NCBI GenBank assembly: GCA_963668025.2
Contig: CAXXTH010000017.1
Location: forward strand, 192,001-256,000
Reading direction: 5' to 3'
DNA from: Candidatus Hydrogenedentota bacterium
GTDB taxonomy: Bacteria > Hydrogenedentota > Hydrogenedentia > Hydrogenedentales > SLHB01
DNA: 64,000 bases
Numbering within the stretch: the first letter of the stretch is position 1; every line of letters starts with the position of its first letter. Under the pieces are notes generated by a model. That model saw only the letters and a list, made by a program, of their open reading frames with translations, was not told where the DNA came from and did not search any database. Both the position numbers and the translations under genes were made by a program. This document shows, one piece after another, positions 39,287-48,967 of this stretch.

Positions 39287-39546
39287 GGACCACTAAATAC
39301 ACCAAATACACTAAAATTTGTAGGGTGGGGCTTGCCCCACCGATCAGGGCGGTGCGCCCCCACAACGGCACACGAAAAACGAATACCGTATATAGTGGCA
39401 TATCTAGGCTCGTTACATGGCGTTTTGCTTGAGCCTTACTCATCGCATGTGCGAGAAGCCCATGCTACGGGAGTTAAAAACTATTGGCGTTCATTCGCGT
39501 CCATTCGCGGTCAAAAAAGCAGGCCATTTGATTGCGGCCATGCCGC
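39287..39546. repeat. Stack of REP-like and periodic repeats between hemW and lepB
   Basis: CCACTAAATACACCAAATACACTAAA; GTAGGGTGGGGCTTGCCCCACC; GCCCATGCTACG; TTCATTCGCGTCCATTCGCGGT. Confidence 0.65.
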
Positions 39547-39570
39547 ATTGTGTATGTCGTGGTCGTAAAT

Positions 39571-40905
39571 CTACCGCAGCCAGCGCGGGATGGGCCACCA
39601 TGCGCCTTGCACGGGACCGATTAGGTTCTGTTTCGGCGTCCAGCCCAGGGCGCGGCCATCGGGGCCTGCTTCGAGCGTATCGGCCAGGATGAAATAACAC
39701 CCTTCCGGCGCCTCGCTGTATTCACGGCTCTTCGAGCGGGCGTAGGGGCCTGCCTCGTTGGAGGCGGGATACACACGCCCAGCCAGCGGCGCATCCTTCA
39801 CCGGCTCGCCATTGATGGTTAAGCGGCCTTCGTCGAGAAACACCTTCTCGCCTGGCAGCCCCGCGATGCGGCCCAACAGAAAGGCCCTTTCTTTCTCATC
39901 CTTGTCTTCCGCCAGATATAGGACCAATTCGCCCCGGCGCGGCGGACGGCCCGCCGTGAAGCGCCGTCCCGTGAAGGGAATCGGAATTCCATACGCGGCG
40001 CGATGGATGAAGAGATGCTCTTTCGAGCGCAGCGCGGCATCAGGCGAAGGACTTGGCACACGCCAGGAACGCCCGAAAAACAAGCGCCAAATGGTGAGCG
40101 CCGCCGCCATGGCCACAATCACACGCCACCACCAGGTATCCGAAAAACCCGTAAAATCGCGCCAGCGTGTGGGCGGCCACCAGATGCTGAATACCCGGCC
40201 GACAATATGATCGCCCGGCAGCCAGCCCCATACCCGGCCATCGCGGCTGCGTGCGCTGTTATCGCCCAGAACCAAATAGTGGTCCGGCGGCACGATGGAA
40301 TACATATCACTGTCGATGACGCCGTACCGCATATCCGTGAAGCCCGGCATCGGGGAAGTATATTGAACGGGCGGCATGCCGGGCGGCAATTCCAGGGGCT
40401 CGCCATTTACATACACTTTGCCATTCGCGATATGGATGCGCTCGCCGGGCATGCCAACGATGCGTTTGACGAGCGTGTCGGCTTTAGTGTCCTTTTCCAC
40501 CGTTTTGAACACCACGATATCCCATCGCTGCGGCGCTTTCAGCCGGAAAATACGGTTCTCCGTGTAATGGATGGTATAATGGGTGAATGGGATGCGGAAG
40601 TCGTTGAGAGGCCAGCGCAGGCCGTAAATCCATTTGTTGACGAACACGCGGTCGCCCTGCCCCAAGCCTGGCGCGCCATGCAGCGTCGGCTCCATCGAGC
40701 CGGAGGGGATTTTGTACGGTTCAGCGATAGCCCAGCGGATCACGAGCGCCAGGCCGCCCGCGATGAGCAGCGTGCGCCCCCACTCGAGCAGCGAGGCCTT
40801 GCCCAGGCCTATGGCTTCGGCGAATCCCCAAAAACCGCCCATTTCCGTAGGCATCGGGGCGGATTTTCGGTTGTTTTTCTTTGATGGTTTGTTGGTCTGG
40901 GCCAT
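39571..40905 (-). CDS. lepB: Signal peptidase I with a second, degenerate S26 domain
   Basis: Domain 1: SGSMEPTL, LVKRIVG, GDNS..SRDGR. Domain 2: PSPSPD, LLGRIAGLPGE, ADT...PDGR. Confidence 0.92.
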   Translation of the reverse strand: MAQTNKPSKKNNRKSAPMPTEMGGFWGFAEAIGLGKASLLEWGRTLLIAGGLALVIRWAIAEPYKIPSGSMEPTLHGAPGLGQGDRVFVNKWIYGLRWPLNDFRIPFTHYTIHYTENRIFRLKAPQRWDIVVFKTVEKDTKADTLVKRIVGMPGERIHIANGKVYVNGEPLELPPGMPPVQYTSPMPGFTDMRYGVIDSDMYSIVPPDHYLVLGDNSARSRDGRVWGWLPGDHIVGRVFSIWWPPTRWRDFTGFSDTWWWRVIVAMAAALTIWRLFFGRSWRVPSPSPDAALRSKEHLFIHRAAYGIPIPFTGRRFTAGRPPRRGELVLYLAEDKDEKERAFLLGRIAGLPGEKVFLDEGRLTINGEPVKDAPLAGRVYPASNEAGPYARSKSREYSEAPEGCYFILADTLEAGPDGRALGWTPKQNLIGPVQGAWWPIPRWLR

Positions 40906-40993
40906 AGTAAACCTCATCTGGAGTTTGCACCTTGCGAAAGACACCGCGTATACAACCTGCCCTCCGCTTATTGTTCATCCAGCCCGGCTTCCA

Positions 40994-41059
40994 CGTCATC
41001 TCCCCGAAAGTGGAGTTCCAGAGGAAACGCCCTGGATTCCCGCGTTCGCGGGAATGACG
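40994..41059. repeat. dRS3/RPE-like palindromic repeat, copy 2
   Basis: Contains a perfect ATTCCC-N8-GGGAAT and shares the GAAACGCCC spacer with 3704-3766. Confidence 0.75.
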
Positions 41060-41082
41060 CAGCGATAGTCGCAACTGTTCTT

Positions 41083-42168
41083 TCAACTCGAGGCGGAGCG
41101 CTTGAGTCTGCGCAGCAAGTGCTTGCTCGGTTCGTACAAGAAAAAAGCAACAGGAATGCCATACAACAGCAGCATGCCCCACCAGGTATCCGAGAAGCCT
41201 GTAAAATCCCGCCAGCGCGGAATGGGCCACCATATGGCGAAAGCCCGGCCCAAAATATTTGCATTTGGCACCCAGCCGAACGCACGCCCATCGCGGCTTT
41301 CCTCGCTGTTATCTCCGAGCAGCAAATAATGGTCCAGCGGCACGAGGCTGTATTCGTCGTCCGTCCGGACGCCATACCGCATGAGCCCCATCCGCGCATA
41401 TTCCTCATCCACCAGAAGCCGCATGACATCCATGGATGACGCCGCAAAGGTGCTGGTGAGAGTCTGGGCTTCCGCATCGGAGATGCTGGCGAGTTCCCGT
41501 CCGAGGATTTTTTCCCGCAACGCGGCAAGCTCCTCCATCAGGCGTCGCTGCGCTAGGTCCCGGGAATTGAGTACCTTCGTGTAGCGCCCCGATTGGGCCA
41601 ATTGCAGAATAGCCGTGCGGACGACCTTGTCCGTAGGCACCGTGGTGTAGTGGAGGATGCCGCGCAATTCCTCCGGCGGCTCCACGGGCGCGCCGTTAAT
41701 GAAGATCTTTCCATCTTCGATATGCACCCGTTCGCCAGGCAAGCCCACGACGCGTTTGATTAATGTTTCACCGGCATTATCGTCTTCCGTGGAGCGAAAG
41801 ACGACGATGTCCCAGCGTTGAGGTTCCGCGCCACGGAAGATGCGCGCACCCGCATACCGGATCACATGCTTTGTGAATGGAACGCGCATCTCGTCAAACG
41901 GGAACCGCAAGCCATATATCCACTTATTGACGGACACCCGGTCGCCGCGAAAGAACCCCGGATCGCCATGAAGCGTAGGCTCCATCGAGCCGGAAGGAAT
42001 GACGAATTGATCGATGCCCGCCCAGCGGATGGCAAACACGAGAATAAGAATAAACGCCCAACTGCGTGCGTTGGCCCATGTCGCGGGGCCTAAAAAAAAA
42101 TACGCCAGCCTGCGCAGTGCACCTGCTGTTTTTTGGGGCGCACGTTCTTCATTCGGCTGGCTGTTCAA
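41083..42168 (-). CDS. lepB: Signal peptidase I
   Basis: SGSMEPTL, LIKRVVG and GDNSEESRDGR; directly follows lepA. Confidence 0.94.
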   Translation of the reverse strand: MNSQPNEERAPQKTAGALRRLAYFFLGPATWANARSWAFILILVFAIRWAGIDQFVIPSGSMEPTLHGDPGFFRGDRVSVNKWIYGLRFPFDEMRVPFTKHVIRYAGARIFRGAEPQRWDIVVFRSTEDDNAGETLIKRVVGLPGERVHIEDGKIFINGAPVEPPEELRGILHYTTVPTDKVVRTAILQLAQSGRYTKVLNSRDLAQRRLMEELAALREKILGRELASISDAEAQTLTSTFAASSMDVMRLLVDEEYARMGLMRYGVRTDDEYSLVPLDHYLLLGDNSEESRDGRAFGWVPNANILGRAFAIWWPIPRWRDFTGFSDTWWGMLLLYGIPVAFFLYEPSKHLLRRLKRSASS

Positions 42169-42171
42169 AAT

Positions 42172-43986
42172 TTAGCGTTCCTCTTCGTTGACGCTCAAGA
42201 GGGCCATGAACGCCTCCTGGGGCACCTCGACGTTGCCGACCTGCTTCATGCGGCGCTTGCCTTCCTTCTGTTTTTCGAGCAATTTGCGCTTGCGCGTGAT
42301 GTCGCCGCCGTAGCATTTCGCCGTAACGTTCTTGCGCACGGCCTTGACCGTTTCGCGCACGAGAATGCGGCTGCCGATGGCGGCTTGGATAGCCACCTCG
42401 AATTGCTGGCGCGGGATCAGCTTGCGCAGGCGCGTAGCCAGCGTCCGGCCCACCCATTCGGCCCGCTCGCGGTGTACGATGCACGACAGCGCGTCCACGG
42501 GATCGCCGTTCAACAAGATATCGAGCTTTACCAGGTGGCCCGGACGGTTGCCGATAATATGGTATTCGAGCGAGCCGTAGCCCCGCGTCAAGGTCTTCAA
42601 CTTGTCGTAAAAATCCAGCACGATCTCCGCCAGCGGCATTTGGTAAACCGCCATGCAGCGCTTGTTGTCGATATAATCCACCCGGACGTGAATGCCGCGT
42701 TTTTTCTTGCACAAGTCGATGACGGAACTCAGATATTCCGTGGGGCAGATGATCTCCGCCTCGATATACGGCTCCTCGATGCGCTCGATCTCGCCCGCGG
42801 GCGGCATCTTCGAGGCGTTCTCGATGACCCGTTCTTCTCCATCCGCCGTATACACCCGGTACGCCACATTCGGAACTGTGGTCACGAGCGTCAAGTTAAA
42901 TTCGCGTTCGAGGCGCTCCTGGATGATCTCCATGTGGAGCAATCCAAGGAAACCCAGGCGGAATCCCAGGCCCAATGCGTCCGAACTGTCGGCCTGGAAG
43001 ATGAATGAAGCATCGTTGAGCTGGAGCCGCTCGAGGGCGTCGCGCAATTCCTGGAAATCCGTCTCGACGGCGGGATACAGCCCGCAGAACACCACCGGCT
43101 GGACTTCCTTATATCCGGAAAGGCGGTCCATGGCGGGCTTGAGGGCGTCCGTGACCGTGTCGCCAACTTTCACGCTTTGAAGTGTGCGGATGCTGCAAAT
43201 CAAATAGCCCACTTCCCCCGCATCGAGCGCGTCCATGGGCCGCGCATCCGGGGTGAACGCCCCCAGCTCGGTCACTTCATATTTATCGCCCGTGGACATG
43301 AACAACACTTTCTGCCCGCGCACGGCGCGCCCTTCGACCACGCGTATATACACCACTACGCCCCGGTACGAGTCATATTTGGCGTCGAAAATGAGCGCGC
43401 GCAGCGGCGCTTCGCGCTCGCCCTTCGGTGGCGGAATGCGCTGCACGATGGCCTCGAGAATGTCTTGCGTGCCAATGCCTTCCTTGGCGCTGGTGAGAAT
43501 GGCGTGTTCGCTATCGAGGCCAATGACATCCTCGATCTGCTGCCGCGCCGAATCAATATCCGCGCCCGGCAGATCGATCTTGTTGATAACCGGAATGATC
43601 TCGAGGTTCTGCTCGATAGCCTTATAGGCATTGGCGAGGGTTTGAGCCTCGACGCCTTGCGCCGCATCCACTAGGAGCAGCGCGCCTTCGCACGCCGCCA
43701 GGCTGCGCGACACCTCGTAAGAGAAATCCACATGGCCGGGCGTATCGATCAAATTCAAGACATATTGCTGGCCATCGCTGGCGGTATAATCAAGGCGTAC
43801 GGCCACCGACTTTATGGTGATGCCGCGCTCGCGCTCGATATCCATGGTATCGAGCGTTTGCTCTTTCATATTCCGCTTGTCCACCGCGCCCGTACATTCC
43901 AGGAGCCGGTCCGCCAGCGTCGACTTGCCATGGTCGATATGGGCGATGATGCAGAAATTACGAATGTGATCTTGGGGCGTTGTCAT
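42172..43986 (-). CDS. lepA: Elongation factor 4
   Basis: [20 protein letters not shown] and [21 protein letters not shown] motifs. Confidence 0.99.
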   Translation of the reverse strand: MTTPQDHIRNFCIIAHIDHGKSTLADRLLECTGAVDKRNMKEQTLDTMDIERERGITIKSVAVRLDYTASDGQQYVLNLIDTPGHVDFSYEVSRSLAACEGALLLVDAAQGVEAQTLANAYKAIEQNLEIIPVINKIDLPGADIDSARQQIEDVIGLDSEHAILTSAKEGIGTQDILEAIVQRIPPPKGEREAPLRALIFDAKYDSYRGVVVYIRVVEGRAVRGQKVLFMSTGDKYEVTELGAFTPDARPMDALDAGEVGYLICSIRTLQSVKVGDTVTDALKPAMDRLSGYKEVQPVVFCGLYPAVETDFQELRDALERLQLNDASFIFQADSSDALGLGFRLGFLGLLHMEIIQERLEREFNLTLVTTVPNVAYRVYTADGEERVIENASKMPPAGEIERIEEPYIEAEIICPTEYLSSVIDLCKKKRGIHVRVDYIDNKRCMAVYQMPLAEIVLDFYDKLKTLTRGYGSLEYHIIGNRPGHLVKLDILLNGDPVDALSCIVHRERAEWVGRTLATRLRKLIPRQQFEVAIQAAIGSRILVRETVKAVRKNVTAKCYGGDITRKRKLLEKQKEGKRRMKQVGNVEVPQEAFMALLSVNEEER

Positions 43987-44001
43987 ATTTATGTTGTTCT
44001 C

Positions 44002-44709
44002 TCAGCCGAATATTTGGTCAATGACGCGAAGGCTCCGAAATTCCGTATCAAGCTGGCGCGCGGCGAATCTCCGCACCATGGCGAACACGCGCCCAATATC
44101 GCCCGTATCGAGCGTGGGGCAGCCCCCACGGGCTTGCGCCAGCGCGCGCAGCGCCTCGTATTCACCGGGCCGGAACCGCACATCGCATGGCTCGCCTGCC
44201 GCCGTGGAGCCGTGGCTATACGCGAATCCGGCTGGCTCGCCGCCACATTCCATGGACGGCTCATATCCCGCCGTGGACAGAACCTGAAGGGCCATCCAGG
44301 CCGCATGGATTTGGACGCAACCGGTCCAGTTTTCCATGCCTTCCAAACCCGACGCCACGGCTTCATACAGTTCGTAGGCCGGTTCATTCTCCTGGGCCGC
44401 CTTATACGCCAGCTCCAGCGGAAACGCGGCGTACACCGCCTTCGCCAGCTCGCGCTTGACGCCCGGATACCCATCCAGCAGCGACGCCTCGCCAAGCTTT
44501 TGCACATTCCGCCCATCTTTCCAATAATAGATGATTTCCAGGCGGTTGAACGTGTCCAGCAGTGCAGCCATCGGGCTTTTCGGCTGCCGCGCGCCGAGGG
44601 CCATGCATGCCAATTTGCCGCGATCCGGGCAAAGAAACGTGACAATGCGGCTCGTTTCACTAAAATCCACGCCGCGCAGCACTACGGCCTCGGTCCGTTC
44701 TTGCGACAA
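44002..44709 (-). CDS. recO: DNA repair protein RecO
   Basis: TEAVVLRGVDFSETSRIVT...GKLACMALGAR; start placed at TTG after AGGAGG. Confidence 0.9.
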   Translation of the reverse strand: MSQERTEAVVLRGVDFSETSRIVTFLCPDRGKLACMALGARQPKSPMAALLDTFNRLEIIYYWKDGRNVQKLGEASLLDGYPGVKRELAKAVYAAFPLELAYKAAQENEPAYELYEAVASGLEGMENWTGCVQIHAAWMALQVLSTAGYEPSMECGGEPAGFAYSHGSTAAGEPCDVRFRPGEYEALRALAQARGGCPTLDTGDIGRVFAMVRRFAARQLDTEFRSLRVIDQIFG

Positions 44710-44854
44710 TCCTGCCTCCTGCCGCTGGCGGCTGCTAAAAGCCGCTAAAGCATACCATTCCACGGCATATCAAGCAAGCGGAGCATCCAAGCAGGGCTTA
44801 CGCATCTAATAGTGCTCAAGAGTCGATTTATCCTGTTGTGCATGATTTTTTCTG

Positions 44855-45154
44855 TCAACGTGGCCTGGGATTTTTCGCTTGGGGGAAGGTCTTTGCGCGC
44901 TCACGGCGGGTTTGCTTGACGACTTCGTCCACGTAGCGTTCAGCCAGCTTCATGAAAGCCTGGTAGCCATTGATGGCCTCTTTTAGGAACTCGGTTTCGC
45001 GCGCCGGCACATAGCGAACCACGTTCTTCTCGTTCTCCCAGCTCTGGTGGTTAAAGTGGGGACGCCCGCCCATTTGACAGAGCTTTCCGCGCTCCATCCG
45101 CTCAATCTGCGCCATGCGCTCCAGCAATGCTTGCATCTTTTTGGTGTGCTTCAT
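44855..45154 (-). CDS. IS accessory protein, DUF6788-like, lacking the Cys cluster
   Basis: MERGKL...SWENEKNVVRYVP...AINGYQAF parallels the small ORFs of elements A and B; conserved in both IS copies. Confidence 0.75.
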   Translation of the reverse strand: MKHTKKMQALLERMAQIERMERGKLCQMGGRPHFNHQSWENEKNVVRYVPARETEFLKEAINGYQAFMKLAERYVDEVVKQTRRERAKTFPQAKNPRPR

Positions 45155-45225
45155 GGATTTTAATATATAGAATTCTATATACTAGAGTCAACAGTGCTTC
45201 GGCGCATGAATGAAAGGAGCACCCC

Positions 45226-46383
45226 ATGACCGCTGAAAAGAAATCCCTGCCCAAGCCCAAGCCTATTATCGAGTGTTTCGCGGGCCTGCCTGATCCCCGC
45301 ATGGACCGGACCCGCAGGCACAACTTCATTGACATCTTGGTGATTGGGCTATGCTCAGCCCTCGTGGGCGGAGAGAGCTTTTCGGATATGGAGCGCTTCG
45401 GCCGGCTCCGGGAGGATTGGCTGAAGGGCTTCCTGGAATTGCCCGGCGGCATCCCCTCGCACGACACCTTCAACCGGGTCTTTTCCGCCCTCGACCCCCA
45501 TGCCTTTCTGGAATGCTTCGGCCAATGGGTGCAGGGCATTTGCCCCAATCTGAGCGATGAGGTCGCCGCCATTGACGGCAAAGCCCTGCGGCGCGCCTTG
45601 AATCAGGGGGAGGCCATCCCCTACATCGTCAGCGCATGGGCTTGCGAGCACGGCCTGGCGCTGGGGCAGGTCAAGGTGGACGAGAAATCCAACGAAATCA
45701 CCGCCGTCCCCAAACTCCTCAACGCCTTAAAGCTCAAGGGAGCCATCGTCACCCTGGACGCCATGGGCTGCCAGAAGGATATCGCCTCCCACATTATCCA
45801 ACGGCAGGCCGACTACGTGCTGGCCCTCAAAGGCAACCACGCCACCGCCCTAGAAGAAGTGAAGGCCTTTTTCAAGGACGCCGTTCCCCCTTGCGCCACC
45901 CAGTGCGCGCCAACAGCCGACGCCACACGGATGGATTTCCACCAGACCATCGACAAGGGGCATGGCCGCATCGAAACCCGCCGATACTGGCAATCCACCG
46001 ACTTGGGCTGGTTCGAGGACAAAGGACTTTGGAAGGGCCTCAAGAGTTTCGGCATGGTCGAGTCCATCCGCAAGGAAAAAGGGAAGAACACCATCGAGCG
46101 GCGCTACTACTTGAGCAGCCTGCTCCTCGACGCACGACGATTCGCCCACGCCGTGCGTGGACACTGGGGCGTGGAAAACAATTTGCACTGGTGCCTAGAC
46201 ATTATCTTTCGCGAAGACGACAACCGCGCCCGAACAAGAAACGCCGCCCAGAATCTCGCCTCCTTGAGGAGAATTACACTCAACCTCCTCAAGAAAGACA
46301 AGACCAACAAAGATTTCCTCAGGGGCAAGCGCTTCGCTGCTGCACTCGACCCCGAATACCTTCTACGTTTACTGGGAATTTAG
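45226..46383 (+). CDS. ISAs1-family transposase
   Basis: GIPSHDTFNRVF, AIDGK, KSNEITA, DAMGCQ, LKGN and HWGVENNLHW motifs. Confidence 0.97.
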   Translation: MTAEKKSLPKPKPIIECFAGLPDPRMDRTRRHNFIDILVIGLCSALVGGESFSDMERFGRLREDWLKGFLELPGGIPSHDTFNRVFSALDPHAFLECFGQWVQGICPNLSDEVAAIDGKALRRALNQGEAIPYIVSAWACEHGLALGQVKVDEKSNEITAVPKLLNALKLKGAIVTLDAMGCQKDIASHIIQRQADYVLALKGNHATALEEVKAFFKDAVPPCATQCAPTADATRMDFHQTIDKGHGRIETRRYWQSTDLGWFEDKGLWKGLKSFGMVESIRKEKGKNTIERRYYLSSLLLDARRFAHAVRGHWGVENNLHWCLDIIFREDDNRARTRNAAQNLASLRRITLNLLKKDKTNKDFLRGKRFAAALDPEYLLRLLGI

Positions 46384-46579
46384 ATGCGTAAGCCCTGAGC
46401 ATCCAAGGTGCAGCGGTGAAGAATAGCGGCGCCCCAGGGTCAGGCGTTGAGGTGATGCGGGTTAGACGGGGGGTGGCGAGGCCGACAGGCGACAGGAGGG
46501 GCAGCGGCTGTGCGTAAAGCCGGTGAATGGATGGGCGAGACGTGTAGGGCGGCGGCGCAACCGGGAACGCGCGGGCGCC

Positions 46580-48016
46580 CTATGCGGAACTGAAGCGGAT
46601 CTGGATGGCCTCGGTGCAGAGGGCGTCATATTGTTCGCGGGACAGGGTGGCGTTGCGCAGGGCTTCGAGGAGGCGATGGGCAAGGTTTCTGGCGGAGCCA
46701 AAGCCTTTTGGAAAGTGGGCGGCCAGAAGGCTGCCATCCTCCAGGAGTTGCATGAGCAGATGGGCTATCTGCATCAAGAGGTAGTAGATCTTGCTGGCCT
46801 GTTCGTTTTGGGTATAGGCGTGTTCGAGGTTGTAGCCGCCGTTTTTCTGCACGTTGAATGCTTCATTTTCAATCTTCCAGCGTAAGCGTCCTCCTTCATT
46901 GGCCAAGGCGGCCGCATTGTGCGCGGATACGGATACGTTGGTCACCCATTTGAACTTGGTTTTCTTTATCATGCCTTCCGCGTCCGGGCGGGTGTCCACG
47001 CATTCGAGCACGGACAGGATGTGTTCACGCCGCTCGGAATCGCGGTAGGGGATGTCGTTGACCCAGCGAAACTGCTGGTGGATTTCCTTCTTGTTGCCGC
47101 AACGCCACGTAAGCTGGTTTTCGGGCGTCGCGGCCGCGAGGCTCTCGAATTCTTCGTTCACGGTGGCCAATTGGCCGTCCGTGAGCGTAATCATGAACTT
47201 CCAGCCATATTGCTGGCACAGCCGAAACACCGGTCCCGTGGCGTACAGGCCGTCCATCGCCAACAGCAGCGGCAAGCGGGGGAATCGGGCATGCAGGCGT
47301 GGGGCCAGCCGGTAGAAGGCTTTGGTCTCGCAATCCTGCTTGCGTTGTTGCTCGCTTTTCGCCAGGTCTTTCTCTGGATTCTCAATGAACTCCGTCATGA
47401 GCGAAAAGACCCACCCGTTTGGCGTGACGATCTTGGACTCCAGCACGGGATGGTAGTAGGTGATCTTGCCGCTCTTGTGCTTGCGCGTGAGGCAATGGGC
47501 GCAGTGGCGATGATCATAACTGCGTGTCCCCGTGGCGTCGATGGCCGCCACGTAGTAGCGCCCGAACAGGCGGTGGGGGTACAACACCTTCTTGTCGATG
47601 AGCGTCTGCGTCATGCCGGAAACGAGTTCCTGGACCGCCTCGAACGGCAAACCGCGAAATACCCCGTTCATCGTATCGCCATGCGGCACGCTGTCCACGT
47701 CAAACAAGACCTTGTACAGATGGACCATGAACGTCGTGTACAACTGCAGGCGGACTTGCCGGCGCGCCCCGAGCCGGCATGCGAACATCAGCACTCCCAA
47801 GAACACCAGCGACGCGACACTGTAGTCCACGTCGCCGGCTTGCTCGGGTTTGCGGGGATCGGGCAAGCCCGCAAAGCGCTTGCGCACCGGGCCAAAGAAG
47901 TGGGTGAACGTCCTCAAGAAGGCCCGGATGATTTCCGGATGCTCTTCTTGCGGGTTTGCAGGAACTGCCGTTGGGCCGCGCCCATGGCCTCGACGAGCTT
48001 CTTGAGCTTTTTCCAT
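46580..48016 (-). CDS. DDE transposase (DDE_Tnp_1-like, ISAs1/IS4-related)
   Basis: PHGDT, AIDAT, KQDCE, MDGLY and RWKIENEAFN motifs. Confidence 0.9.
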   Translation of the reverse strand: MEKAQEARRGHGRGPTAVPANPQEEHPEIIRAFLRTFTHFFGPVRKRFAGLPDPRKPEQAGDVDYSVASLVFLGVLMFACRLGARRQVRLQLYTTFMVHLYKVLFDVDSVPHGDTMNGVFRGLPFEAVQELVSGMTQTLIDKKVLYPHRLFGRYYVAAIDATGTRSYDHRHCAHCLTRKHKSGKITYYHPVLESKIVTPNGWVFSLMTEFIENPEKDLAKSEQQRKQDCETKAFYRLAPRLHARFPRLPLLLAMDGLYATGPVFRLCQQYGWKFMITLTDGQLATVNEEFESLAAATPENQLTWRCGNKKEIHQQFRWVNDIPYRDSERREHILSVLECVDTRPDAEGMIKKTKFKWVTNVSVSAHNAAALANEGGRLRWKIENEAFNVQKNGGYNLEHAYTQNEQASKIYYLLMQIAHLLMQLLEDGSLLAAHFPKGFGSARNLAHRLLEALRNATLSREQYDALCTEAIQIRFSSA

Positions 48017-48261
48017 TCCTCAATCCATTGCGCCACTTCGCGGCGCAATTCACGGGGCACGTGGAGGGTGCGGGTCTTCCCGCCCTCCTTCCACGTCAGC
48101 AGGGCCGTTTCATGGATCGGCCCTTCCTGGACGCACCGGCAGCGCGGGTTCCCGCAGCGGCTGCGGGTGATGGTGAGCGTGGCGGGAAGAAAGGGCCCCA
48201 GACGCGCCAGGCGCGCCTGGACCTTGCGTCCCGCCGAGTTCGTGACAGGTTTCCCTTCCAT
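47914..48261 (-). CDS. IS accessory protein, DUF6788-like
   Basis: CGNPRCRCVQEGPIH...LTWKEGGKTRTLHVP; ATG lies 7 nt after the -10 box. Confidence 0.82.
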   Translation of the reverse strand: MEGKPVTNSAGRKVQARLARLGPFLPATLTITRSRCGNPRCRCVQEGPIHETALLTWKEGGKTRTLHVPRELRREVAQWIEEWKKLKKLVEAMGAAQRQFLQTRKKSIRKSSGPS

Positions 48262-48551
48262 GTACGGAAGTATATATACTTCCGTACCAGAAGTCAACAA
48301 AAAAAAGCGCCGATGCGAAGAAAAAACTCCCCGCACCGGCGCATCCTCAACTCATTCAACTGCTTCTACGCGAAAAAAAAGCGGTTCTTCACCGCTGTCC
48401 AAGGTGGGGGAACCGCAGCAACTATTTTGGGCATGGTTCGTGGATGCGCCCATTCGAGATAGTGGTTAGGATATCTGGTTAGGATATAATCATTAGCCAT
48501 GTCATGCGCGTTTATTGATGATTTTCGGCCGAACTTGCTTTGCTGAAGCTC

Positions 48552-48627
48552 TCTCTGTGGTCCTCCGTGGCCTCTGTGGTGAAGAATCCGGAATTTTCAC
48601 CACAGAGGCCACAGAGGACCACGGAGA
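48552..48627. repeat. Near-perfect inverted pair of 9-nt periodic repeats
   Basis: TCTCTGTGGTCCTCCGTGGCCTCTGTGGTGAA ... TTCACCACAGAGGCCACAGAGGACCACGGAGA. Confidence 0.85.
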
Positions 48628-48704
48628 AATCCGTACCAACGTTTTTCCGTTCCTCAAAACATGCTGTACCGAAGTGGCAAATCATCTGGTTTTTCCACCA
48701 CTAA

Positions 48705-48826
48705 GGAGGCGCGTCAAAATAACTTGACTATTTTTTCGCATTCAACGCAATTTTCATGGCGATAGGAATTACCGCTTCCTTTCCGAGTGGTGGGAGAAAA
48801 TCGGTAAGTTATTTTGACGCGACTCC
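48705..48826. mobile_element. 122-bp MITE, copy 2
   Basis: Same sequence as 6708-6829 except the first base; TAA on both sides. Confidence 0.9.
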
Positions 48827-48967
48827 TAAGACACAAGGGGTGAACTGCGCGTTGCTCGCTTCCACCTTCAGATTACCCTATACAATGAATTCCCGTGAGC
48901 TTCTTCGCGCCCTCGCGCCTTCGCGTGAATAATTGCTTAACCTCATGGGCCGCTTCAGACGGAGTTC

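Larger units (their letters stand above)
44792..46397 (+). mobile_element. ISAs1-family IS, copy 1 (1606 bp)
   Basis: TIRs CAGGGCTTACGCATCTA / TAGATGCGTAAGCCCTG; perfect 10-bp TSD AGCATCCAAG (44782-44791, 46398-46407). Confidence 0.96.
46411..48397 (-). mobile_element. Two-gene IS (element B), 1987 bp
   Basis: TIRs CAGCGGTGAAGAA / TTCTTCACCGCTG; perfect 9-bp TSD TCCAAGGTG (46402-46410, 48398-48406). Confidence 0.93.

Noticed and set aside
46919-48469. 516-aa plus-strand ORF and similar long antisense ORFs (e.g. 42133-43008, 43732-44748, 55322-56260)
   Set aside because: GC-rich shadow frames opposite well-supported genes, with no recognisable motifs.
48552-48627. CRISPR array
   Set aside because: Short periodic inverted repeats with no unique spacers of regular length and no cas genes in the window.
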